Source of the DNA: Welwitschia mirabilis
Lineage: Eukaryota
Direction: 5' to 3'
Assembly (NCBI GenBank): GCA_051453625.1
Contig: JBOZIK010000001.1
Span: forward strand, 17,378,760-17,442,759
DNA length: 64,000 nucleotides
The notes beneath the pieces were generated by a model that was given only the letters and a program-made list of their open reading frames with translations, was not told the origin of the DNA and did no database searches. A program made the translations under genes and the position numbers. Positions 1-13,800 of the stretch are shown piece after piece. Every line of letters begins with the position of its first letter. The first letter of the stretch is position 1.

Positions 1-3000
1 AGTTATGGGTATTACCTTTCATTATTACATTAAATACTTCCCATTTGAATCATGATGATTCTTAAAATTTCCAAAAAAAATCATTACCAAAGATTTCCAC
101 ATTTCATAACCTTATCATTAGATGACAAATATAGCTCATAACATAAGGTTAAGATTCAAGTTCCTTTACCAAATAATAATTAAAAATCTTCAAAGAACAG
201 ATTTGATTAGAAACCTATAGAAGAAAAAACATCATTCCAAGTATTAATTTTTTTTTCTCAACAATCTTCAAAACTACAAGCCACACCCAAAAAGAAAAAT
301 AGATTTGATCTCACAATAACAACAAGTACTGTAAACTACACAAAAGAAAATAGAGGCTGTCTCATAATAAAAATTAATGTAATAAATACTTAAGCATTTA
401 GAAATTGAAATCCAATAGCCCAAAAGAGGTACATTTAATCAAAATATTCTTCACCATTTTAGATCCATCAATCCTTCATAATTCATGCCATCTTAGCAAT
501 TAGGCTCCATATTTTTCACTTGTCACAAAAGAGTATGGGATAAGAACTATGAAAATCTCATAGCCCCCAGTATGGCCCAGGCAAGAATAGGTATTTGAGA
601 AGATACTTCAAGGACCAAGATGACAAGAAAAAGTTCAAGACTTTCAAGAAATCCAAGACATACACAGATAATGAGCTCATGGTTGTANNNNNNNNNNNNN
701 NNNNNNNNNNNNNNNNNNNNNNNNNNNNNNNNNNNNNNNNNNNNNNNNNNNNNNNNNNNNNNNNNNNNNNNNNNNNNNNNNNNNNNNAATTATAGTTATG
801 GATATTACCTTTCCTTTATTCAATCCAATATTTAAGCTTTCATAAAAACTAAGGGGCATTACCTAATACCCATTCTCCAAGATTACAAAATTATTATATT
901 AAATACTTCCATTTAAACCATGATGATTCTTATAATTTTCAAAAAAAATCATTACCAAAGATTTCCACATTTCATAATCTTATCATTAGATGACAAAAAT
1001 AGCTCATAACATAAGGATAAGATTCAAGTTTCTTTATCGAATAATAATTAAAAATCTTCAAATAACATATTTTATTGCAAACCTATAAAAGAAAATACAT
1101 CATTTCAAGTATCAATTTTTTTTTCCAACAATCTTTAAAACTACAAACCACACCCAAAAAGGAAAATAGATTTGGTCTCATAATAATAACAAGTACTGTA
1201 AACTACTCAAACGAAAATAGAGTCTATCTCATAATAATAATTAATGCATTGAATACTTAAGCATTTAAAAATTGAAATACAATAGCCCAAAATAGGTACA
1301 TTTAATTAAAATATTCTCCATTATTTTAGATCCATCAATCCTTTATAATTCATGCCATATTAGCAATTAGGCTCCATATTTTCACCTGTCAAAAAAGAGT
1401 ATGAGATGAGAACTGTGAAAATCTCACAGCCCCATGTATGGCCCAGGCAAGAATAGGTATTTCATAAGATACTTCTAGGTTCGAGACGATAAGGAAAAGT
1501 TCAAGACTTTTAAGAAATCCAAGATATACACAAATAATAAGCTCACGGTTATGTATGAAAATATCAAATATGTAATCTCCATTATTAATAACTTCACTGC
1601 CTCGTTTGGCAATATATGAAGCCCACTACCTATTTAGCTTCACTGAATTATTTGGTGATTGGTGAAGTCCGCTGCCTCATTTGGCGATCTATGGTATACT
1701 TAATCATCATCAACTTGACTACCTCATTTGGCAATCTATGCAGCTCACTATCTCATTCAATGATTTGTAATACTCTCAATCATCATTAACTTGATTACCT
1801 TATTTGACAATCTGTGAAGTCCACTACCTCATTTGGCGATCTATGGTAATATGATATCTCCACTGCCTTATTTGATGATTTGTGAAATTTTCTCTTCACT
1901 ACCTCATTTGATGATCTGTGAAGTCTAGACAAAATAATGTTTTAAAGATAAAGAAGTTTGAACATAATAATATACCTTGTCAAGAGAACAACTTCATGGA
2001 TAAATTTTCTAATAAATGATCATCTCATACAAGAAGATACTTCAAGATATAGAGGATAAGTCAATAGAGATGTGATATGTATCAACACAGAGTTTTTTCT
2101 TATTTAAGTAATACATGATTTAGTAACCATCTTACATGAATACATATGCATGAATTTCAATAAGCAAATGCATAAGAAGAACTATTAAAAGGATTTCAAG
2201 AGNNNNNNNNNNNNNNNNNNNNNNNNNNNNNNNNNNNNNNNNNNNNNNNNNNNNNNNNNNNNNNNNNNNNNNNNNNNNNNNNNNNNNNNNNNNNNNNNAA
2301 TAAGAATCAAGTTCTTTGCAAGTGTTCAAGGATTTTTTGGCTCTAAAACTCAGTAGCAAATGGTTCTTCAAAAAGAATGAAAGTGAGGAAAAAGGATGAG
2401 GAGGGTCCTATTTGTAATGAAAATTTTGTGGAATGTGAAGAGTCATAAAAATAGGAGGACAAAATAAAAGTTGGCAAAGATTCTATGCATTTTTTAAGAC
2501 AAAACATCATGAATGACAGTGGTTAAGAGAGGGGTTACACAACATCTCATAAATGATTGCCTAGTCATCGGGTGCTTTTAATAATATAAACAAGATAATG
2601 CTTCATATTTAATAATGAGAAAAAGGAANNNNNNNNNNNNNNNNNNNNNNNNNNNNNNNNNNNNNNNNNNNNNNNNNNNNNNNNNNNNNNNNNNNNNNNN
2701 NNNNNNNNNNNNNNNNNNNNNNNNNNNNTGAAAGTGAGGAAAAAGGATGAGGAGGGTTCTATTTGTAATTAAAATTTTGTGAAATGTGAAGAGTCACAAG
2801 AATAAGAGGATAAAATGAAAGTTGGCAAAGATTCTATGCATTTTTTTGAAGACAAAACATCATGAATGATAGTGGTTAAGAGAGGGGTTACATAACATTT
2901 CATAAATGATTACCTAGCCACCGAGTGATTTTAATAATATAAACAAGATAATGCTTCACATTTAATAATGAGAAAAAGTAATAAATAACATGTCTCCATA

Positions 3001-3100
3001 GTATACATTCATGTTAGCATTTACATTCACTTACATAAGTAAATAAAAGATATCATCTCCACCACCAGAGCATATAAAAATTTGGTACAAAGATTTACTA
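1..3100 (-). mobile_element. Non-coding remnant, probably the 3' region of a Tat/Retand-like Ty3/gypsy element (partly present in two copies)
   Basis: Minus-strand ACTGGGGGCT motif near 561-572, a degenerate short repeat cluster at 1590-1925 and a promoter-like purine block at 2375-2420. No coding domain recognised, so the lineage is inferred only from non-coding resemblance. Confidence 0.3.
1590..1926. repeat. Degenerate direct repeat cluster, unit about CACT(G/A)CCTCATTTGGCGATCT(G/A)TGAAGTC
   Basis: Recurring variants can be read directly: cactgcctcgtttggcaat, cgctgcctcatttggcgatct, gactacctcatttggcaatct, cactacctcatttggcgatct, cactgccttatttgatgattt, cactacctcatttgatgatct. Confidence 0.85.
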
Positions 3101-3266
3101 AAAAGGTATTCATATTACAACTCAATAATACTACATAGCAATTACAACAATTGGGGTTTCAAGTAATTTAACATTTTTCAAATATTTCATAAAACATAAA
3201 TTGCAATTCTTATAAGAAAAATAAAAAAAATTGTGTATGTGACACAAGCCTCTTTAATTTGAATTT

Positions 3267-6230
3267 TTAAATATTTAATAATGCTAATAGTTTCTTAATT
3301 AAAGTGTTTACTAATTCTAAGACAACTGAAGTAGGATTTATTATATCCTCCAAAATAAGTCTCTTATGAATGTGAAGTGGCATAATATTAACACTCTCTT
3401 TAATGTCTATTAAGGATTTTCTAATCTTTTTGTTTTCCTCCAAATTAACATTCACCATTGCTATTCCTAGATCTTTAAATTTTGGTGATTTTTATAAAAC
3501 TAAATTTCTGAGGGATTGTGCTAAAGAGACTTTGCTAGAGATATCTCATTTTTNNNNNNNNNNNNNNNNNNNNNNNNNNNNNNNNNNNNNNNNNNNNNNN
3601 NNNNNNNNNNNNNNNNNNNNNNNNNNNNNNNNNNNNNNNNNNNNNNNNNNNNNCTATTCCTAGATCTTTAAATTTTGGTGATTTTTATAACACTAAATTT
3701 CTGAGGGATTGTGCTAAAGAGACTTTGCTAGAGATATCTCATTTTTTTTTCCTCCTTATTAAGTCCTTCCATAATTTTAAGTACCCCAAATTTTGTTGCA
3801 AAAGTTTCCAAAAGGATAAGTTCATGCTGATGTTTTTCATCAAGATTTTTAAATGTTCATTAAAAGTTGAATTATTATTAGGCCTTTNNNNNNNNNNNNN
3901 NNNNNNNNNNNNNNNNNNNNNNNNNNNNNNNNNNNNNNNNNNNNNNNNNNNNNNNNNNNNNNNNNNNNNNNNNNNNNNNNNNNNNNNNNNNNNNNNNNNN
4001 NNNNNNNNNNNNNNNNNNNNNNNNNNNNNNNNNNNNNNNNNNNNNNNNNNNNNNNNNNNNNNNNNNNNNNNNNNNNNNNNNNNNNNNNNNNNNNNNNNNN
4101 NTTGGTAAAGGTTGTATTACTAAAGTTTCATGAGGTCTTTGATTTTATAACATTATTGTTGAAATATGTTTATTAAGTTTTCAAGTTTGGCATTTGTTTT
4201 TTCATGTGATCTTCTAATTTCATCTATAAGGTTTGTAATTGGATTATTTATATGTTGGTAGTAGGATGAACTTGGTGGGTAGTTTGTATTTTCAAGTCAA
4301 TTTCTAAAAGGTTGGGAGTTGTTTCAAAAGTAAATGTTCAACCTAGTTTGTACCTAATTTTAGTTTTGAAAGTTTTGAGATGTTTGGTTAAAAGTAAAAA
4401 CTTCTTCATAATTTTTTTTTTTTTTTTACATTGATAAGNNNNNNNNNNNNNNGTAATGTGATAATTATCCTTACATAAATCACAAGTTGGCACAAAATTT
4501 CTTTCAGTTGCAAATTTGACATCTAAGATCATTTCAGCATACTTCTCCATGATTGTTGTAAAGTTTTTTATGATATTTGTAGGATTGGATTCTACTTCTT
4601 TTTATTTTACTTCATTTAAATCTTTGATAATTTGGCCCATTATTTTTTTTTTTTTTTTTATTTGATCAAGTTTGACTAGCCTCCACAACTTCTTTTAATT
4701 TTTTATAGGCATTATCCAGAGTAAGGTTCATAAAATTTATATCATAAGAGAAATCTACACATTGTTTTATATGAGGAGTTAATCCATTGTAAAATTAAGT
4801 CACTAGTATTCTCATAAAAAAGCATTTACCAGATTAGAGTGGATTGCAATGAATAAATGTTCATATGTAGAGGCATAATCTTCATTGGTTTTGGTTGAAG
4901 GCTTGTTACTTCCTTTTTTCTTTTTTTCATGATTTCTTCACTCATGAATCTTTTNNNNNNNNNNNNNNNNNNNNNNNNNNNNNNNNNNNNNNNNNNNNNN
5001 NNNNNNNNNNNNNNNNNNNNNNNNNNNNNNNNNNNNNNNNNNNNNNNNNNNNNNTCAAGTTTGACTAGCCTCCACAGCTTCTTTTAATTTTTTTTAGGCA
5101 TTATCTAGAGTAAGGTTCATAAAATTTCTATCATAAGAGAAATCTACACATTGTTTTGTATGAGTAGTTAATCCACTGTAAAATTAAGTCACTAGTTATT
5201 CACATAAGAAAACATCTACCAAATTAGAAGGGATTGCTATGAATAAATGTTTATATGTGGAGGCATAATCTTCATTGGCTTTTTTTGAAATCTTGTTACT
5301 TCCTTTTTTCTTTTTTTCATGATTTCTTCACTCATGAATATTTTGATGAAGTATCCCTAGACTTGTTCCCAAGTTTTTAAGATTTTACAAGGTATGATTT
5401 TTAACTAATTTTTTACTCTATCCTTTAATATCATAGGAAATATTATCATATATGTTTTATCGATTATTTTTTTCTTCCCATTTTCTGAGATGAGGATTAA
5501 TTGTTCTATGTCTATTATGTGTTGAAAGGGATTCTCATCATCTTATCCATTAAATGTTAGATAGTCATTTAAATTTTTAATCTTAACATCATCTCCTAGG
5601 GATAAATAAAAAGGGTTTTGAATCTTTCATTTCTTGTTGGCTAAAAATTCCGTTAGGATAAGGTTTGCATTAGGATTAGGGGTAGAAGATTCTACAACTT
5701 ATTTTTACTTACGAGAGGTACTCAACATTGTAAATTAGTTCTCTCCTTCATAGAATTTTTGTTAAGAAAATTTGATTCTAAAAAAATAAATTTAAAAGGA
5801 GGATTAAGTACACCTAAANNNNNNNNNNNNNNNNNNNNNNNNNNNNNNNNNNNNNNNNNNNNNNNNNNNNNNNNNNNNNNNNNNNNNNNNNNNNNNNNNN
5901 NNNNNNNNNNNNNNNNNNAAGGGGATTCTCATCATCTTATCCACTAAAAGTTAGATAGTAATTTAAATTTTTAATCTTAACATCATCTCCTAAGGATAGA
6001 TCAAAAGGGATTTGAATCTCTCATTCCTGTTGGCTAACAATTTCATTAGGATAAGGTTTGCATCATGATTAAGGGTAGAAGATTCTACAATTTATTTTTA
6101 CTTACAAGAGGTTCTCAACATTGTAAATTAGTTCTCTCCTTCTATAGAATTTTTGTTAAGAAAATTTGATTCTAAAAGAGTAAATTTGGAAGGAGGATTA
6201 AGCACACCTAAAGATTATTTTTTTAATTCG
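3267..6230 (-). mobile_element. Degenerate Athila-type Ty3/gypsy gag-protease
   Basis: Motifs occur in the expected order on the minus strand: TFNG*DDENPFQHI (cf. QFGGLPNEDPYAHL), TWEQV*GYFIK..KKEVTS (retrotrans_gag), CDLCKDNYH, MNLSFWKLLQQNLGYLKLWKDLI (cf. INIPFLEALQQMPKYAKFLKDLL), PKFKDLG, and SLIDIKESVNIMPLHIHKRL..NPTSVVLEL (cf. ALLDLGASVNLMPLSIYKKL..KPTSITLQL). Many stop codons. Confidence 0.8.
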
Positions 6231-6300
6231 TTTTCTATGTCTACTAGTTCTTCTTTAATGTTCTTCTTTATTAACAGCTTTTATTTCTAATATATGTTCT

Positions 6301-6670
6301 TGCCATAAGAAATATAGGATTTTAAGATGTTTCTAAAATGCCATAAAAGGTCTTTAAAAATGTCTTAAATGCTTTTAAGATGTTTCTTTACAGAACACTT
6401 TGAAAAACTTTACCTAAAAAGCCAATAAGCTTTTAAGATGTTTCTAAGGTGTTTTAATAAAAACACTTCAAAAAGGCCTTTTAAGGCATTTCTTTTGTAA
6501 AACACCTTGAAAGGTCTTTTTAAGAGGCATTTTATGTAAGACATGCCGTAAAGGCCCTTCCAAGGCATTTTAGAAAGCAAACACATCTAAATCCTTTTGA
6601 GGCATTTCTCCCTTAAAAGACCTTTTGAGGCATTTCATCAGATAAATGCCTTAAAAGGCGTCACCCTAAA
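6301..6670. mobile_element. Degenerate CACTA terminus with subterminal AAGGCATTT/AAATGCCTT repeats
   Basis: tgccataagaaatataggattttaagatgtttctaaaatgcc resembles the reverse complement of the terminus ending at 50209 for about 100 bp. It is followed by dense direct and inverted copies of the subterminal motif. Confidence 0.75.
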
Positions 6671-8779
6671 AAAAATTACAAAATAAGCTACGATACAGTA
6701 AAAACTTTTTAAAAAAAATCTAAATTAAATAAAATCCAAATATATAAAAAGATAAGTAAAACATTGGATAGAGGTTAAGTATGAGTTATAGTTCAATTTA
6801 GAACCATTTTTCTTACTCTTTTAAATGTCTGAACATCATTAAAGCTTAGATGATGATTAGAAACTAAGAGACTAGATTCATTAATAACTATCTACTCATC
6901 TATATCTTGAACTTAAGGAGCAAAGACATTTGTCTCAAAGATAAATTATTAAATAATTATCAATGGATAAAAACTTAAAAAAAACTCATGTAAATAGCCT
7001 ATTTAAGGTATTCATAATTTCTAGAGGTGGACCAAAAAATAGAAAACATGATAAACCTAATTAAACTAAGCAATGTGAAACATGCCCAAAATCAAGCGTC
7101 TATTGCCATTTTGATAACTTTATCAAAAGCTGGAAAATAAAAGCAAATGGAAAAGCACTACATTAAACAGTCCCAAGAAAATTAATATGTCATTAAAGGA
7201 TTTAGGGCTTCATAGTCAAACATCTACAACATGAATAAATTATACACATAACTTCAGAAAACTAGAAGTAGAAAGACAACATGACTATCATACATACATT
7301 GCTCTAGAAGCTTTTGTATTAATTAAGAATGCTTACAATCTATAAGAGATAAAGGAGGATAAGCTGCCATTAGCATTTCAACTATTGCATAGCATAATAG
7401 AAGTTTATGATGAATAACATACTAAGAGAAAACTAATTTATTTCAAAATGCTAAAACGCCTATGAAACATATAAATGGCATGCCATCCAAATTAAAAAAT
7501 TTACAATGGTAAGGGTGTGGAAATAGAGGTTAAGTCCTGACAATGGTAATGATTTCATTACATTCTACAAATGAGCAAAAGTTTTTTTCAACTTATAGAG
7601 GCATCCTTAGCAAGAAGGGAAAAGAGTAGATGAATGAAAAAACTACTTTTTATCCCATTTCAACTGGTAGTTGGTAGACTTTTATCCTCTGTTAACATAT
7701 TTTTCCTTTTCCTTTTTTCCTTTTTTTTAAAAATTTTTCCTAGGGAAATAGTTGACTAATAATAAAAGGACCTTTTTATAGTTTGATTTGTATGTAAGAC
7801 AAGCAAAGTAATGGATTATACCTAAAGAAATTTTTTTCTCCCAACTTCAAAAGGATCACTGAAGTTTGAAACTTGTTCTTAAAGATACCAAATTGTGCTT
7901 GCCTTTCAATTTTAAAGTGATAGAGTAACCTTCATTGTTTCCAAGGTGTCCTAGACAATTGGATCAGTTTTAGTATAAGAAAAAAAGGATTTTAAAATCA
8001 TATCTCAATTTTGTTTAGGTTATTGGTCTTGCCTATTTGAAAATGATGAATTATTTGGAAATATCAAAAGGACAAGAATTGAAGAGCTCATTTAGATATA
8101 GCAACTAATGCTAGACAAATTCTATGTGAGGAAGGAACATCACAAATGAGTTAAATCTAAACATAAAAAGGATGGAAGTTCCTTTTGAATAAGGAAATAT
8201 TTTGTCTTCTAGTTATAAGTAGGAAGGATACCTATCAAAATAATACATAAGGAGAACCCAGAGTGCAAGTTCCAAAGGCATGTGCAATGGTCACAAAGAG
8301 AGCTCAAAAAAGATATAAAACTATCAAACTTAAAACTAAAAAGGAAATAAACTAAAACTGAAAAAAGGATTACAAAATTAATATAATTAGGAATATACTA
8401 CTTGAAATACATGTTTATAAAGATAAATAAAATGCATTTCAAATATCTTTAAATAAAGTAGAGTGAAACAAAAGTATTATTCTCTATTGCATTTAGTATA
8501 TTAGGTTTTAAGACATGTCATGATGAAAATAATAATGTGTTACCATATCAAAGGTGAAAAAGTCATTTAGCAACTAGAAACATTTAAAAAATTTATTTTT
8601 ATCTTTTACCCATCCTAATTCTCTTTTTCTTTGCTTGGTTCATTAGCCTCAGTATTTGTTGTCACCCCNNNNNNNNNNNNNNNNNNNNNNNNNNNNNNNN
8701 NNNNNNNNNNNNNNNNNNNNNNNNNNNNNNNNNNNNNNNNNNNNNNNNNNNNNNNNNNNNNNNNNNNNGAAAGATAGCA

Positions 8780-9815
8780 TGACTACCATATATACATTAC
8801 TTTAGAAGCTTCTGTATTAATTGAGAATGCTGACAATCTATAGGAGTTGAAGGCAAATAAGCTACCATTAGCATTTCAACTATTGCAGAGCACAATAGAA
8901 ATTTATGATGAATAACATACTGAGAAAAAACTAATTTGTTTTAAAATGCTGAAATTCCTATGAAACCTATAAATGGCATGCCATCGAAACTAAAAAATTT
9001 ACAATGATAAGGGTGTGGAAATAGAGGTTAAGACCTGATAATGGTAATGGTTTCATTCCATTCTACAAGTGAGCAGAAGTCTTTTTCATCTTATAAAGGC
9101 ATCCTTAGCAAGGAGGAAAAGGAGTAGATGAATGGAAAAACTACTTTTTCTCCCCTCTCAACTAGTAGTTGATAGAATTTTGTCCTCTATTAATATATTT
9201 TTCCTTTTCCTTTTTTTTTTAATTTTTCCTAGGGAAATAGTTGACTAATAATAAAAGGACCTTTTTGTAGTTTGATTTGTATGAGAGACAAGCAAAGTAA
9301 TGGAATATAATTGAAGAAATTTTTTTCTCCCAACTTTAAAAGGATCACTGAATTTGAAAACTTTCTCTTAAAGGTACCTAATTATGTTTACCTTTTGGTT
9401 TCAAATTGATAGAGTAACCTTCATCATTTCCAAGGTGCCTTAAACAATTAGGACTAATGTTAATATAAGAAAAAAAGGATTTTGAAAGAATATTTCAATT
9501 TTGTTTAGGTTCTTGGCCTTCCTTATTTGGAAATGGTGAATTGTTTGGAAATATCAAAAGGACAAGATTTGGAGAGCTCATTTAGATATAAAAATTACTA
9601 TGAAACTTATACAACTAATTCTAGATAGATTCTATGTGAGGAAGGAACATCAAAAATGATTTAAATCTAAAGATAACAAGGATGGAAATTACTTTTGAAT
9701 ATGGAAATATTCCTTGTCCTAACTATGAGCAAGAAGTATACCTACCAAAATAATACATAAGGAGAACCCAGAGTGCAAGTTCGGAAGGCATGTGTAAAGG
9801 TCACAAAGAGAACTC
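8780..9815 (-). pseudogene. Divergent chromomethylase (CMT)-like DNA methyltransferase remnant (second copy at ~7290-8305)
   Basis: 9814 downward reads SSLCDLYTCLPNLHSGFSLCIILVGILLAHS*...LSLDLNHF, in register with CMT motif I (LLDLYSGCGAMSTGLCLGAxLSGVNLVTRW...SLKLNHP). A weak chromodomain-like stretch follows (GYSINLKPKGKHN*VPL), then PPC*G near 9100-9116 (motif IV PPCQG) and PL*DEK in another frame. Confidence 0.5.
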
Positions 9816-11199
9816 ATAAAAGATATAAAACTATCAAACTTAAAATTAAACAGGGAATAAAGTAAGACTAAAAAAAGGATCAAAAAATTAATATAATTAG
9901 GAACATAATACTAGATGTGCATGTCTATAAAGATAAATAAAATGCATTTCAAATATCTTTAAATAAATTAGAGTAAAAGGGAAGTATTATTCTCTATTAC
10001 ATCTAGTATTAGGTTTCGATACATATCATGATGAAAATAATAATGTGTTACCATATCAAAGGTGAAAACGTCATTTGGCAACTAGAAATATTAACAAAAT
10101 TTATCTTAGCTTTTACCCCTCCTGATTCTCTTTTTCTTTGCTTGGTTCATTAGCCTTAGTATTTGGTGTCACTCGAGTGCCAACTGCCTTCCTTTTTGCT
10201 GCTTCTTCTTTTATATACCAAATAATATTAAATGTTAACTTATGAGAAAATAACATCCTAAGACATTGATACCCAATAGTTAGGACTTTAAATCAATAAT
10301 AAACATAATGAATTTAGATTAATATAAGATAGTAATAATAACATAAACAAATCTTAAAATGGAAGGAAACACTCATAATTTCTAAGATCAATGAAAATAA
10401 AAGCATAAAATATTCCTTAGTTATTTCATGTAATTTAAGAGAAATAGTCCAAAAGATGCTCAATATTGTCCTTTGTAGGAGAAACAATGCTAAATGTTGA
10501 AGGATAAAAAAATTGTAAAGTCATTTGTACATCCAAAAATTATTACATATTAAATTATAAACTATCAAAATAGAGAGCTAGTTCCTACTAATAAAATTCA
10601 GCCCTATTTCATAGATGTCAACCTCTAACTCTCATCCAAAAAAAAACTTTAATAACCAAAAAATTGTGTTTGATGCCAACTCAATTATTTAATTAGCTTA
10701 ACTCTAATAAATGATTAACTAATTTTAGCATTCTATTNNNNNNNNNNNNNNNNNNNNNNNNNNNNNNNNNNNNNNNNNNNNNNNNNNNNNNNNNNNNNNN
10801 NNNNNNNNNNNNNNNNNNNNNNNNNNNNNNNNNNNNNAGATGTCAGCCTCTAACTCTCATCCAAAAAAAAAAAACTTTAATAACCAAAAAAATTGTGTTT
10901 GATGCCAACTCAATTATTTAATTAGCTTAATTCTAATAAATGATTAACTAATTTTAGCATTCTATTTGGATTTGCATAGCAAAAATTTAATACATATGTT
11001 GTAAAATTTAATACATATGTTGTACCTTTAAAAAAAATTAAATTGACAACTTGGCAAGCATGTTTNNNNNNNNNNNNNNNNNNNNNNNNNNNNNNNNNNN
11101 NNNNNNNNNNNNNNNNNNNNNNNNNNNNNNNNNNNNNNNNNNNNNNNNNNNNNNNNNNNNNNNNNNNNNNNNNNNNNNNNNNNNNNNNATCAAATTGAT

Positions 11200-13800
11200 C
11201 AAAGTTATTCTATGAATCTTTTATATACAAGGGCATGGCAAGGGAATCCATGTCAAGATATCAAGAAACTTTAATATATAAAACAATGCAGTGGTAAGGA
11301 ACCCCTCACAAATGCTATCATACTTGTCTTTAATCCAAGTCATATAATATCTACCCAAAAATCATAAGAGTTTTAAAAATGAGGGTGAAGCATTCATCTC
11401 ACTTAGATGAGATGAAATGATTCTTTACATGATTAACTAATTTGCAAAAAGGTTNNNNNNNNNNNNNNNNNNNNNNNNNNNNNNNNNNNNNNNNNNNNNN
11501 NNNNNNNNNNNNNNNNNNNNNNNNNNNNNNNNNNNNNNNNNNNNNNNNNNNNNNGTCACATAGAAACTACCAAAAAATCATAAGAGTTTTAAAAATCAAG
11601 ATGAAGCATTCATCTCACTTAGATGAGATGAAATTATTCTTGACATGGTTAACTAATGTACAAAAATGTTCCTTTTGAATGCAAAAGATGAAAGTTTCAT
11701 TTGTCAAACTAGGTCTTTAGAAGTTCTAAATGATGAAGGTCATATCATTAGGTTAGAAAAAGTTTTAATAGCATAGTATTCTTGAATCTACATTATCACA
11801 TGTATTAGTATTTGTCTTTATTCTATTGTATAATAAGATGAACTTATTCTATTATACATAAAACACATTTTAATTGTGTGCACATTGAAATGCAATGTAA
11901 TGTCAAGAATAGAATTAATAGATTTATCTTCTCTATGTTAGGCTTTAAATCACACAAACTTCTAGAAAATTTATTTCAAACATAAGCACTTATGAAATGG
12001 CATCATGTGTAACATAATTAATTTGATTCTTGTTTAAAATGTTTGGCATGATTATTCATGGAGGATCTGGTATGACTTCATCAACCCATCTGCACAAATG
12101 ATATTCAAGGTTTATAAAGTAATTTAATGAGATGCACCTTAAATAAATAAAGTACAATATTAATAGAGAATTTCATAATATAAAAAAAATTAGAAACATT
12201 CGATGATCAAAATCATCCCAACCTATAATGTTAAAGGGACTCATAACATTAAGCCATTGTTATTATAGTCTTACCTTTATATTTATGTATAAGTTTATCA
12301 TTAAATGTTGATATATTTTTTGATTTATTTTTTATGACATACTTGACTGTTGTTGCTTTTGATAGTCTTTGATACGTTCATCATTTATTCTTCTTTAAAA
12401 ATGGTAAATACAAATGCTAATCAATTGATGATGTTTGGCTTTCCTCCATTATTGCACTTATTCTCTCTTCTTTGCTATGTTTTAAAGTCATTTCTCCTCT
12501 GTACTTTTTGATTTTTTTCATACCCTTTTACACTATCAATTACACTATTGATAGAATGATTAGGCCTAAAGAATTTAAATGAAATAATGATCAAAGTTGC
12601 AATATTAGTGGTAGATTTTATTGTGATGTATGTATTGAGTTGAGAGTATTAAGAAATTACAACTAATTAGTTAGAGATGTATGAAATTCTACTAATAGAC
12701 AATATGTACTGTAGTTTTGCAGTGCTAGCCCTTTTTCCTTTACCCCAATGAGATCATGACAATCTACTATGTTTGAAATTGATAATCAAGTATGTCTATC
12801 CCTATATTTTCTTGTTATGATTCCCCTTCTTTTCTGTGTTGACTTATGATGAGAAGAAGAAAAATAATTATATAGTAATGGTTTTCATGACTTACAATAG
12901 AATGGACANNNNNNNNNNNNNNNNNNNNNNNNNNNNNNNNNNNNNNNNNNNNNNNNNNNNNNNNNNNNNNNNNNNNNNNNNNNNNNNNNNNNNNNNNNNN
13001 NNNNNNNNAATGATGAAGGTCATATTATTAGGTGATAAAAAGTTTTAATAGCCTAGTATTCTTGAATCTACATTATCACATGTATTAGTATTTGTCTTCA
13101 TTTTATTGTATAATAAGATGAACTTGTTCTATTATACATAAAGCACATTTTGATTGTGTGCACATTGAAATGCAATGTAATGTCAAGAATAGAATTAATA
13201 GATTTGTCTTCTCTATGTTAGGCTTTAAATCACACAAACTTCTAGAAACTTTATGTCAAATACAAGTACTTATGAAAGGGCATCATGTATAACATAATTA
13301 ATTTTATTCTTGTTTAAAATGTTTAGCATGATTATTCATGGAGGATTTGGTATGACTTCATCAACCCATCCGCACAAATGGTGTTCATTGTTTATAAAGT
13401 AATTTAATAAGATGTACCTTAAATACATAAAGTACAATCTTAATAGAGAATTTCATAATACAAAAAAATCAAAAACATTCGATGATCGAAATCATCCCAA
13501 CCTATAATATTAAAGGGACTCATAACATTAAGCCATTGTTATTATAGTCTTACCTTTATATTCATGTATAAGTTTGTCATTAAATGTTTATATATTTTTC
13601 TATTTCTTTTTAATGACCTTCTTGACTTTTGTTGCTTCTGATGGTCTTTGATATGTTCATCATTTTTCTTCTTTAAAAATGGTAAATACAGATGATAATC
13701 AATTGATGGTATTTGTCTTTCCACCATTGTTGCACTTATTCTCTCTTCTCTGCTATGTTTTAAAGTCATTTCTCCTCTGTACTTTTCGATTTTTTCCATT
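11200..13800 (-). pseudogene. CACTA ORF2 (TnpA-associated Ulp1-like) remnants, duplicated
   Basis: NSLLRLYFMYLRYILLNYFINNEHHLCGWVDEVIP at ~13345-13452 resembles the ISIIQLWMMYL..IYGFLDP region of CACTA Ulp1-like proteins. FYILKFLDIL at ~11250-11285 resembles CGYYVMKFM. GT..AG intron-like borders lie at ~13503-13553. Confidence 0.5.

Noticed and set aside
1590-1926. CRISPR-like repeat/spacer array
   Set aside because: The repeats are degenerate, the spacers are irregular and partly repeated, there are no cas genes, and the context is plant transposons.
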